DNA of 64,000 bases from a bacterium. Its GTDB lineage: Bacteria; Omnitrophota; Gorgyraeia; Aquiviventales; Aquiviventaceae. This document shows positions 50,619-58,399 of this stretch, piece after piece. The notes below the pieces were generated by a model. That model was given only the letters and a program-made list of their open reading frames with translations, was not told the DNA's origin and did no database searches. The first letter of the stretch is position 1. Each line of letters begins with the position of its first letter. A program made the position numbers and the translations under genes. The DNA lies in assembly GCA_036396895.1 (NCBI GenBank), contig DASWKB010000038.1, positions 13,145-77,144 on the forward strand, read 5' to 3'.

Positions 50619-50987
50619 TTATGATGACGGCGAACCCTCCGGAGCCGACGCGGGATCGGACGGATCCGTCCCCGCCTCGAGCTCCTCGCCGTTGGTCGCG
50701 CCGTCTTCGTCAGCGTCCTGGTCCTCGACGGCGCGGTAGTCCTCGACCGTCAGGGTCAGGGCGTTCCCGGCGCCCTTGAGCGCCTCGAGCGCCTTGCCGT
50801 AGGCGTTCAGGTTTCCCTTCTTGCCGATCGCGGCCTCATGGCAGACCTTGCACGTCACGACCTTCGTGCCCGGATAGGCGTCCTTAAAACTCTTGACGTT
50901 CTGGATCGTCGCCCGGGCCGAGGGCGCCATGACGAGCGCCGCCGCGATGACGCCGAGCCCGATTACGAGACCGTGACCGATTCGCAT
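50619..50987 (-). CDS. Small exported monoheme c protein with an acidic DxDxDG-type motif
   Basis: AGGAG RBS, signal peptide (SARA), CKVCH, DQDADEDGATNGEE. Near-identical to the N-terminal domain of the next gene. Confidence 0.85.
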   Translation of the reverse strand: MRIGHGLVIGLGVIAAALVMAPSARATIQNVKSFKDAYPGTKVVTCKVCHEAAIGKKGNLNAYGKALEALKGAGNALTLTVEDYRAVEDQDADEDGATNGEELEAGTDPSDPASAPEGSPSS

Positions 50988-52090
50988 GGCTGGTTCTCCT
51001 GCGCGTCCGTCCGCCACCACCGCAGAAAATGCTCGGTCTGCCGCGACAGCATGGCGCGGCACGATGCCACGGCCCGGCGGCGGCTCGCCAGTGTCGTGTC
51101 CACGGCCGTTTGCAGATCGTCGATGTTGTAGAGCGTGACGCCCGGCATGCGGCCGACCGCCGGATCCACGTTCCTCGGCACCGAGAGATCGACGATGACG
51201 AGCGGGCGGGATCCTCGGACGGCCTGCGCCGATTCGATATCGCCGGGATCGATCACGTAGTGCGGCGCCTGCGTGCAGACGATCGCGACATCGATGTGCG
51301 CGAGATGCCGCTGGGCCTGCTCCCATGAGAGCCAACCGCCGGAGCACAACGAGGCCAGTTCCCTGGCTTTGGCCTGGGTTCGGTTGACGACCCAGACCTG
51401 GCCGATGCCCGCGGCGGTGAGATGGCGCACCGTCGTTTCCGCGGCCTTGCCCGCGCCCCACAACAGCGCATGCGCCTCGCCGAGACGCTCGCCGAAGAGC
51501 CGGCGGAGGAGCCCCGCCACCACGGACCCGATCGACCCCGGACCGCCGTTCACGGCCGTGCGCGTGCGGATCAGCTTGGCGGCATGGAGGGCCTTTTGGA
51601 AGAGCCGGTTCAGGAGCATGCCGGTGGCACCGGCGTCCTGCGCGGTGAGGTAGGCCTGCTTGACCTGCGCGGCGATCTCGGACTCGCCCAGCACCATGGA
51701 GTCCAACCCTGAGGCCACCTGGAACAGGTGGGACACGGCGTCGTGGTTCGCGCGCCGGACCAGCGCCGCCTCGAGCCGGGCCGGTTCCGCTCCGGCCCGG
51801 GCCGCGAACATCTCGCACGCCGCGCGGGCGGCCGCATCGGGATCAGTCCCTGCCAGATAGCATTCGACGCGGTTGCACGTCGAGAGCACCACGGCCTCGT
51901 CGATGGCCGCCGATGCGCACAGCGCGCGGAGCGCATCGGGCAGCTCGCGGGGGTGGAAGGCCAGCCGGTCGCGCAGATCGAGCCCCGTGCCGCGGTAGTG
52001 CACCCCCACCACCGCGAGCGCCCGCGCCCGCGCCGAGGAGGAAGGCGCCGCGCCAGCAATGGGCTGGATGTGGTCTGTCTGCGCAGTCAT
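50963..52090 (-). CDS. hemA: Glutamyl-tRNA reductase (short form)
   Basis: LSTCNRVE, ASGLDSMVLGE, GAGK, NRT, DLSVPRNVD. Ends shortly after the NADPH domain. Confidence 0.92.
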   Translation of the reverse strand: MTAQTDHIQPIAGAAPSSSARARALAVVGVHYRGTGLDLRDRLAFHPRELPDALRALCASAAIDEAVVLSTCNRVECYLAGTDPDAAARAACEMFAARAGAEPARLEAALVRRANHDAVSHLFQVASGLDSMVLGESEIAAQVKQAYLTAQDAGATGMLLNRLFQKALHAAKLIRTRTAVNGGPGSIGSVVAGLLRRLFGERLGEAHALLWGAGKAAETTVRHLTAAGIGQVWVVNRTQAKARELASLCSGGWLSWEQAQRHLAHIDVAIVCTQAPHYVIDPGDIESAQAVRGSRPLVIVDLSVPRNVDPAVGRMPGVTLYNIDDLQTAVDTTLASRRRAVASCRAMLSRQTEHFLRWWRTDAQENQPCESVTVS

Positions 52091-52207
52091 GGACGGATTG
52101 GGAGAATTATAGTCCCGCCTCTCGGCCGGCGCTAGGATGGAATTGTGCTCGAAGGGCATGCCTGATCTATCCAGATACGTCGAGTATTCGAAGACAGGAC
52201 ATCCGTC

Positions 52208-52567
52208 TCAGTTCCGCTCCGTCAGGCACGGGAACCCGGCGCTCCGGCCCCCGTGCCGGGCGCAGCAGGGAAACGTCCCGGTCAGCCGGTACCGGACGCA
52301 TTGCCCTTCCCTGATGGCCTCGACCAGCCCCGCCGCGCGCAAGATCGCCAGATGGTGCGACACGCGCGCGGGTCTCACGCGCAGGCGCCTCGCCAGCTCG
52401 CCCACATGCTCGCTGCGCGACAGCAGGGCGCGCACGAGCCCAAACCGGATCGGATCTCCCATCGCCTGGAACAGGATCACGCACGCCTCCGGCGTCCGGG
52501 GAGCCTGGGCCTGCCAGCCGCTGCCGTTGTTGACGGCCGATTCAACTTCGCGTCGGGATCGCCTCAT
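52208..52567 (-). CDS. ArsR/SmtB family transcriptional regulator
   Basis: FQAMGDPIRF, VGELA, VSHHLAILRAAGLV, REG..VRYRL. Start uncertain. Confidence 0.85.
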   Translation of the reverse strand: MRRSRREVESAVNNGSGWQAQAPRTPEACVILFQAMGDPIRFGLVRALLSRSEHVGELARRLRVRPARVSHHLAILRAAGLVEAIREGQCVRYRLTGTFPCCARHGGRSAGFPCLTERN

Positions 52568-53162
52568 TCAGCGCATCCAGCAGCTGGTCGATCCGCATGC
52601 CATAGCACCACGCGACCTCCTCGAGCGTCGCGCTGCCGTGCCAGCGCCGATTGACCCGCAGCGCATCGACCACCGCGGCGAGCTCCGGAAACCGGCGCAG
52701 CGTCGCGTTCAGCGTGGCGTCCTTCGTGATGGGCCACACGGCCGCCGCCCCCGCGGGCGGCAGCTGCTCCAACAGCGGGAACAGCAGATCGTGCTCCCGT
52801 TGGGTGTGAACCCGGTAGAGCGCGAGGAAATGCTCCGCGAACGTCGTGAACGACTCCTGGCCCGGCATGACGCCGCCTCTGGCCAGCGCCTTCAGGACCG
52901 TCAGCGATTCCAGCAGATCCCGGTGCTCCGCCAGCAGCACTTCGATCAGCGCGGGATCCGCCTGGCCCGAGGCCCGAAACGGCACGTAGAACTGCCGCTC
53001 TTCCTGCGCGATATGCTCGGTGAGCCTGACCGCGCAGGCGTCGAGAAACGGGAGCAGATCTTCCGGCGGCACCCGCATATGCGATGTCACCCACAGATCG
53101 AGATGGGCCAGCGTCGCGTCAAGCAACTCATGGTCGTCATGCAGCCATGCGAGCCGATTCAT
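52542..53162 (-). CDS. Hemerythrin-domain protein with C-terminal DUF1858/ScdA_N-like domain (paralog of 34703-35356)
   Basis: DH, HIAQEE, EH, HTQRE..LFP. C-terminal ATLN..L.RFPE...TLEEVA..YG. Confidence 0.8.
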   Translation of the reverse strand: MNRLAWLHDDHELLDATLAHLDLWVTSHMRVPPEDLLPFLDACAVRLTEHIAQEERQFYVPFRASGQADPALIEVLLAEHRDLLESLTVLKALARGGVMPGQESFTTFAEHFLALYRVHTQREHDLLFPLLEQLPPAGAAAVWPITKDATLNATLRRFPELAAVVDALRVNRRWHGSATLEEVAWCYGMRIDQLLDALNEAIPTRS

Positions 53163-53234
53163 GCTCCGGAGCTCGTCCAGGACGGTGCCCGGCTTGTCGT
53201 GTTGTGTCGAACGCTCGAACGGGCTCCCGGCTCT

Positions 53235-53277
53235 ACGGTAGCGGGAATCCCGGATGGCCTTCTATGACGTGACGCAT
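53235..53277 (-). promoter_or_regulatory. Crp/Fnr box plus -10 element
   Basis: ATGAC-GTGA-CGCAT (53264-53277) and minus-strand TACCGT (53240-53235), same spacing as at 36.3 kb. Confidence 0.6.
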
Positions 53278-53283
53278 GTTCGT

Positions 53284-54519
53284 TCAACATCGCTCCAGCC
53301 GCACCGTTGCCTCCGCGTGCGCGGACTCGAACGCCCCGGCATCGGGGGCCCGGAGCAATCGCGGAAGCGCGAACCACAGCCAAGCCAGCGCGCCCAGCAG
53401 CCAGGCGCCTGCCGCCGTGCCCAGCGCATGGAAATAGCCGGCGGGCACGAGATCCGCGCACAGCCGCGCGATCAGCGCCGCGCCCAGCGCGACCCCGAGC
53501 AGGCGAATGATCCACAGCGGGTTGCGAAGGCGCAACCCTTCCCCGCTGTGGCTCATCACCACCATCGTGGCGACCGCAAACGCCATCAGGCTGAACCCGC
53601 CCAAAAACACCACGTGCAGCATCGCAACCCGGTACGCCGGCTGCCACGCCGCCGCCCACAAGCCTCCCATGATGGCCCACAGCGACACCCACACCAGCCG
53701 CGCATAGCCCTCGGGAACCGCCGGAGGCCTCCAGCACTGCGTGGTCCAGGCCAGCTCCGCCGTGACCACCGCCGCCCGCAGCGCATAGGCCGGACGGATC
53801 ATGCCTGCGCCTTCCAGCACGCCGCTCGCCGCCAGCGACGCGCCGGCGGCCGCGTGCGCGGCCATCCGCACGCCGGGCCGGGTCCACCATCGGGGATCAC
53901 CCGGATCGACGCGGACCGGCAGCCCGCCCCGTCCGAGCAGCCTGGGCGCCATGAAGCCGGCGACGCCGACGACGATGGACAGCAGGAATCCCTGCTGAGC
54001 CAGCACGCGCCCCGTGCCGCTCACCCACACCGGGGCGCCCCCCAGCTCCCGGGCCATCATCATCCCGGCTCCCGCGATGCCCAACAGCAGGCCGATCGGG
54101 ATCCAAACGAACTCCGCCGGCGCATCGCCGCCGCGCCGCGCCGCCACCCGGCGCGCGGCGAACGCGCCCAACTGAACGAGCAGCGCGATGAAACACGCCA
54201 GCGACGCGGCCCACCAGCCGAATGACAGGCACAGCACGTATCCCGCCAGCGCCGCCAGGGCGCCCGCCAATTCCGCGGTGGAGGCGGGCGGCGTTGACGA
54301 GAACCGCGGAAGCGCGGTCATGAGGAAGCCGGCGATGAAGCCGTACATGTAGCCGCCGACTTGAAGGAACGCGTGAAAGGAACCGGATGAGGCCTCGGTC
54401 CATCGGGCCGCGTACGCGAGCCAGTGGCCGACGCCGAGGCAGCCCAGCAGCGTGCCGATGGGAAACAGGACCCGAAAGGGCTCCCGCTTCGCCTGGGTCC
54501 AGGTGATCATCCCGCGCAC
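53284..54519 (-). CDS. nnrS: NnrS family membrane protein
   Basis: EPFR.LFP, H in TM2, GFLMTALP, LH..F.GG, SHSG; ~12 TMs. Confidence 0.82.
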   Translation of the reverse strand: MRGMITWTQAKREPFRVLFPIGTLLGCLGVGHWLAYAARWTEASSGSFHAFLQVGGYMYGFIAGFLMTALPRFSSTPPASTAELAGALAALAGYVLCLSFGWWAASLACFIALLVQLGAFAARRVAARRGGDAPAEFVWIPIGLLLGIAGAGMMMARELGGAPVWVSGTGRVLAQQGFLLSIVVGVAGFMAPRLLGRGGLPVRVDPGDPRWWTRPGVRMAAHAAAGASLAASGVLEGAGMIRPAYALRAAVVTAELAWTTQCWRPPAVPEGYARLVWVSLWAIMGGLWAAAWQPAYRVAMLHVVFLGGFSLMAFAVATMVVMSHSGEGLRLRNPLWIIRLLGVALGAALIARLCADLVPAGYFHALGTAAGAWLLGALAWLWFALPRLLRAPDAGAFESAHAEATVRLERC

Positions 54520-55658
54520 GAGGCCGGCTGTCCGGCCTGGACGCGCGGCACATAGGCGCAGCCCGGCTCTTCCGCGAGATAATCGCCGGTCGTCGCGTAG
54601 GCGCGCGCGCGGGAGCCGCCGCAGGCGTCCCGGTACTCGCAGATCCCGCAGCGGCCGCCCAGGCGGTCGGGATCGCGAAGCGCCCGGAACACCGGCGAGT
54701 CGCGGTACACGTCCGCCAGCCGGTGGCGGCGCACGTTGCCGGCCGCCAGCGGCAGAAACCCGCTCGGATAGATCTCCCCGTGGTACGAGATGAACAGGTG
54801 GCCTTTGCCCGCGTTGATCGGCTGCGGGGCCTGGCCGATCGTCCCCATCGGCCCGATCGCGCGCCGCAGCGCCTCAGGCAACGCCGCATCCGAGGCCGAG
54901 GGACGCCGGGCGGCCGCCGGCTCGCGCTGCATGACGTAACGGCGGAAGTGGGGGGCTTCGGTGATCTTGACGATGAACGGCGCGCGGCGTGTCAGCGCGT
55001 AGAGCTTCGCGAAGACCCGTTCGAATTCCTCGGGCGCGAGCCCCTCCACCTGGTTGCCCCGGCCCACCGGCACGAGGAAGAACACCTCCCAGAATACGAT
55101 CCCGAGGCGCTCGATCAGCTCGATCATCGCGTCGGCGTCCTCGAGGTTGCGCCGGCTGAAGACGGTGTTGATCTGGACGGCGAGCTTGGCCTCGTGCGCC
55201 CACTGCACGGCGTCCATGGTCTTGCGGAACGCGCCCGGCACGCCCCGGAACGCGTCGTGCGCGCCGGGGGTGCTCGCATCCAGGCTCAGCGCCATCTGAT
55301 CGAGCCCCGTGTCCTTCAGCGACGCGACGACGGACCGGGTCAGCTTCGCGGTCGCGGCCGGAATCGTGCCGACGCGCCGTCCGCGCGCTTTGGCGCGCCG
55401 GATCAGCTCGAAGAGATCGGGCCGCTTGAGCGGATCGCCGCCGCTGAGGACCAGGATCGGGGTGCCGAGGGCCGCGATCTCATCGATCAGCGCCAGCCCC
55501 TCTTCGGGCGTCAGCTCTCCGGGCAGCGGGTTCGGCTGGGCGGCGGCGCGGCAGTGCGCGCAGGCGAGGTCGCAGGCTTGCGTGGTTTCCCAAATGACGA
55601 TGAAGGGCGTCCGGGCGAGGTCGAGCGCGCGCGCGTGGGCGTGGGGCGGCGTGGTCAT
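54507..55658 (-). CDS. Radical SAM/SPASM protein, TIGR04053 (NirJ/AhbD-related) type
   Basis: WETTQACDLACAHCRA, SGGDPL, FFLVPVGRG, TEAPHFRR, GEIYPSGFLP, CGICEYRDACGGSRARAY. Confidence 0.88.
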   Translation of the reverse strand: MTTPPHAHARALDLARTPFIVIWETTQACDLACAHCRAAAQPNPLPGELTPEEGLALIDEIAALGTPILVLSGGDPLKRPDLFELIRRAKARGRRVGTIPAATAKLTRSVVASLKDTGLDQMALSLDASTPGAHDAFRGVPGAFRKTMDAVQWAHEAKLAVQINTVFSRRNLEDADAMIELIERLGIVFWEVFFLVPVGRGNQVEGLAPEEFERVFAKLYALTRRAPFIVKITEAPHFRRYVMQREPAAARRPSASDAALPEALRRAIGPMGTIGQAPQPINAGKGHLFISYHGEIYPSGFLPLAAGNVRRHRLADVYRDSPVFRALRDPDRLGGRCGICEYRDACGGSRARAYATTGDYLAEEPGCAYVPRVQAGQPASCAG

Positions 55659-55903
55659 GCGCCTGGCGTCCCGGGCGGCGCGGGAACCACGCCGGAGACC
55701 GGCAGCGCGTCGAACGGCCACGCCCCGCCGTCGGTCGTGAAGACGCAGTCCACGCGGAAGCAGGCGGGATCCTTATCGAGGCAGTTGACCACTCTCCACT
55801 TCCCTGGCGCGTGCTGCAGCAGGATCGCCCAGACGCTGCGCTGCGTCAGCGCGCACGTGCACGGCAGGTATTTCACCTCGCCCCGGTCCGCCTCACTCAT
55901 CAC
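55655..55903 (-). CDS. Small hypothetical protein with 5 Cys
   Basis: GGAGG RBS, stop overlaps the radical SAM ATG (ATGA), CxC...C-x6-C-x4-C. Confidence 0.7.
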   Translation of the reverse strand: MMSEADRGEVKYLPCTCALTQRSVWAILLQHAPGKWRVVNCLDKDPACFRVDCVFTTDGGAWPFDALPVSGVVPAPPGTPGA

Positions 55904-55913
55904 TGTGCCTCCC

Positions 55914-55996
55914 GTGCCAAATGTGGAATTCGGAATTGGGAATTCGGAATGTGCTCCCGGTTTTCAATTCCGCATTCCGCATTCCGCATTTGGCAC
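55914..55996. repeat. Heptamer-repeat hairpin element, GTGCCAAAT family, copy 3
   Basis: GTGCCAAAT + four 7-mers, loop, ATTCCGC units + ATTTGGCAC. Confidence 0.82.
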
Positions 55997-56045
55997 ACCG
56001 CATGCCCATGCACCTTGAATCTTCCTTGACGTGAGCCTGATGCAG

Positions 56046-57788
56046 TTAGCCGGCGCACTCGCCCTTCCCCATCCCTCCCAAGGAGAAGTCCTCCGTGTGC
56101 CCCCAGTCGCGGAACGCCTCAGGGTCTTCCGGGTTGGGTTCGAACACGGCGAACGGGGCCAGCGCGCGCTCGATCGGCGCCGTGCCGGCGCGTTCCACGC
56201 AGGCCCGGAACGATTCCCCGTCGGTCCGCTCGCGCCGGTACCAGGCCAGCAGCGCCTCGACGGCCTGCGGGACCCGCCGCGCCGGCAGCCGCGCCACCGT
56301 CTGCCCGAATGACGCTTCGCCGTCCCCGCATCCGCCGCCGACCAGCACCTGATAGAACGGCACCGGGCGGCCCGCCACGTTCCGGCTCGACCCGAACATG
56401 CCGATGTCGGCGATATGATGCTGGCCGCAGGAATTCGGGCAGCCGGAGAGCTTGATCCGGAGCGCTTGGAGGTCGTCGGTCTTGTACTCCGGAGCGTCGA
56501 GCGTGTCCGCCAGCGCCGTCGCCAGGCCGCGCGAGGCGGTAATGCCGATCTGGCAGGTGTCCGCGCCCGGGCAGGACGTGATGTCCTGAATCCGCTCCGC
56601 GTCGGCGCGCCCGAGCCCGAGCGGGACGAGCACCGCGTACAGCGACGGCAGATCCTCTTCCCTAACCCAGGGCAGGCACACGTCCTGCCACGGCGTCGTG
56701 ACGACCCGCCCGCCGGAGAACCGGCGCGCCGCGTCCGCGAGACCCCGCAGCTGGGGCACCGACAGATCACCCAGGAGCAGCCGCACGGTGACCATCGCGA
56801 CGCCCGGCTGGCGCTGGGGCTGCGCGTTCGTCTTGACCCACCGGACATACCCCGCGGCGCCCTCCGCCCGGATGGCGCGGCCGCCGCCGCGCCCGTTCGT
56901 TGGGATCGCCGGCTCCGGCAGCAACGGGAACCGCTCCGGGCGCGCGTGCAGCTCGTCGCGCCGAGCGAACACGCGGCGGCGGAACTCCTCGATGCCGATC
57001 GAGCTCAGCAGGAACTTCATCCTGGCGCGCTGGCGGTTCTTTCGCTCACCGTCGCGGTTGAACACCGCAAGGACGGCCTCCATCGTCGGCAGGAGCTCCG
57101 CCAGCGGCGTCCACGGCTCCAGGAGATCCGCCGGGCGCGGGAGCGCCCCGAGCCCCCCGCCGACGTACAGCCGGAATCCGGGCCGGCCCTGATCCAGCGC
57201 CGCGATCACCCCGATGTCATGGATCGCCGCCATCGCCCGGTCGTGCCGGCAGCCGGAGAAGCTCATCTTGAACTTGCGGGGAAGCTCCTGCGTGTCCGGG
57301 TGCCTGAGGAAATACGTGGTCGCGGCCAGCACGTACGGCGCCACGTCGAAGACCTCATCGGGGCAGAGCCCGGTGAACGGGCACGCGGTGATGTTCCTGA
57401 CGCTGTTGCCGCACGCCTCCCGCGTGGTGAGGCCGACATCCGCCAGCTCCGCCAGCAGGTCCGGCACCCGCGGCAGGGGCACCTCGTAGAGCTGGAAGTC
57501 CTGCCGGGTCGTCACGTGCGCCCTGCCGGTCGCGTAGGCCTCCGCGAGCGCCGCGACCCGCTCGCACTGCCCGGCGTTGAGCCAGCCGCCTGGCACTTTG
57601 ATGCGGACCATCTGGCGGTCGCGCAGCGCGCGGATGCCGTAGATCCCGAGCTGCAGCCGGCACTTCTTGAAGTCATCCGCGGAGAGCGACCCGTCGAGGT
57701 ACTGGCGGATGCGGCCCCGGAACTCGTCCAGTTCCGCCGGGTTCCCCGGCAGCGTCACGATGGGTGTCGTCGGCTGTGTCTGCTGCAT
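56046..57788 (-). CDS. Ferredoxin-dependent siroheme nitrite/sulfite reductase
   Basis: TTRQDFQ, ACGNSVRN, LPRKFK..FSGC, SCPGADTC and SGCPNSCGQH siroheme/4Fe-4S ligands. Substrate cannot be resolved by eye. Confidence 0.92.
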   Translation of the reverse strand: MQQTQPTTPIVTLPGNPAELDEFRGRIRQYLDGSLSADDFKKCRLQLGIYGIRALRDRQMVRIKVPGGWLNAGQCERVAALAEAYATGRAHVTTRQDFQLYEVPLPRVPDLLAELADVGLTTREACGNSVRNITACPFTGLCPDEVFDVAPYVLAATTYFLRHPDTQELPRKFKMSFSGCRHDRAMAAIHDIGVIAALDQGRPGFRLYVGGGLGALPRPADLLEPWTPLAELLPTMEAVLAVFNRDGERKNRQRARMKFLLSSIGIEEFRRRVFARRDELHARPERFPLLPEPAIPTNGRGGGRAIRAEGAAGYVRWVKTNAQPQRQPGVAMVTVRLLLGDLSVPQLRGLADAARRFSGGRVVTTPWQDVCLPWVREEDLPSLYAVLVPLGLGRADAERIQDITSCPGADTCQIGITASRGLATALADTLDAPEYKTDDLQALRIKLSGCPNSCGQHHIADIGMFGSSRNVAGRPVPFYQVLVGGGCGDGEASFGQTVARLPARRVPQAVEALLAWYRRERTDGESFRACVERAGTAPIERALAPFAVFEPNPEDPEAFRDWGHTEDFSLGGMGKGECAG

Positions 57789-57841
57789 CGCGGTGCTCCT
57801 TCCCCTGGTTCGAAGTCTGACAGGCTTCTGTGCGCTCGTCG

Positions 57842-57855
57842 ATGACCGACGTCAG
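57842..57855. promoter_or_regulatory. Putative Crp/Fnr-family box upstream of the reductase
   Basis: ATGAC-CGAC-GTCAG. Confidence 0.5.
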
Positions 57856-58097
57856 ATGCCCATGCCGTCTTTCTGCCACGTCGTCATCTCCCGCCGGTGC
57901 GCGAACAGGAACCGGTCGATCGCCTCGAGCACCGCGCGGCTCCGCGGCGCCGTCTCCTGGCGCTCCCAGCGGCTGAGCGTCGAATAGCTCACGCCCAGCT
58001 GATGGGCGCAGGCCTCCTCGGACCAGCCCATCTGCCTGCGGAGCCGCTTCAGCGCCTCCAGCCGTTCCCTGACTGTCTGGATTCCGGATACACTCAT
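57852..58097 (-). CDS. XRE-family HTH protein
   Basis: LKRLR..MGWS.E..A..LGVSYSTLSRWE....P. Confidence 0.85.
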   Translation of the reverse strand: MSVSGIQTVRERLEALKRLRRQMGWSEEACAHQLGVSYSTLSRWERQETAPRSRAVLEAIDRFLFAHRREMTTWQKDGMGI

Positions 58098-58103
58098 GTG
58101 CAA

Positions 58104-58146
58104 ATGCTACAGCATCTGCACAGATCCGTTCCATGACATCCGTCAT
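58104..58146 (-). promoter_or_regulatory. Crp/Fnr box plus -10 element
   Basis: ATGAC-ATCC-GTCAT (58133-58146) and minus-strand TAGCAT (58109-58104), same spacing as at 36.3 and 53.2 kb. Confidence 0.7.
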
Positions 58147-58218
58147 ATTCGTCAACAAAGCCGGCCTGGGGCTGGAACGGGGCGGGGGGCGGGGACGTGG
58201 GGATGACCATGAGAGCAT

Positions 58219-58358
58219 GAGAAGGTAGAAGATGGAGGGTGGAGGGTGGAAGAGAGAAGATGGAAGGTGGAGGGTAGAAGGTAGAAGGTAGAAGATAGAA
58301 GGTAGAGTTATATTGTCATTTGTACTTTCTATCTTCTACCTTCTATCTTCTACCTTCT
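58219..58358. repeat. Heptamer-repeat hairpin (AGAAGGT / ACCTTCT units)
   Basis: About 12 purine-rich 7-mers (GGTAGAA-like), an AT-rich loop, then about 5 complementary TTCTAYC units. Confidence 0.85.
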
Positions 58359-58399
58359 CACGGTCATCCCCACATCCGCGCCCCCCGGCCCAATCGTGA

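Noticed and set aside
58219-58358. Possible CRISPR array among the repeat tracts
   Set aside because: Units are 7 bp tandem with no unique spacers, and there are no cas genes.
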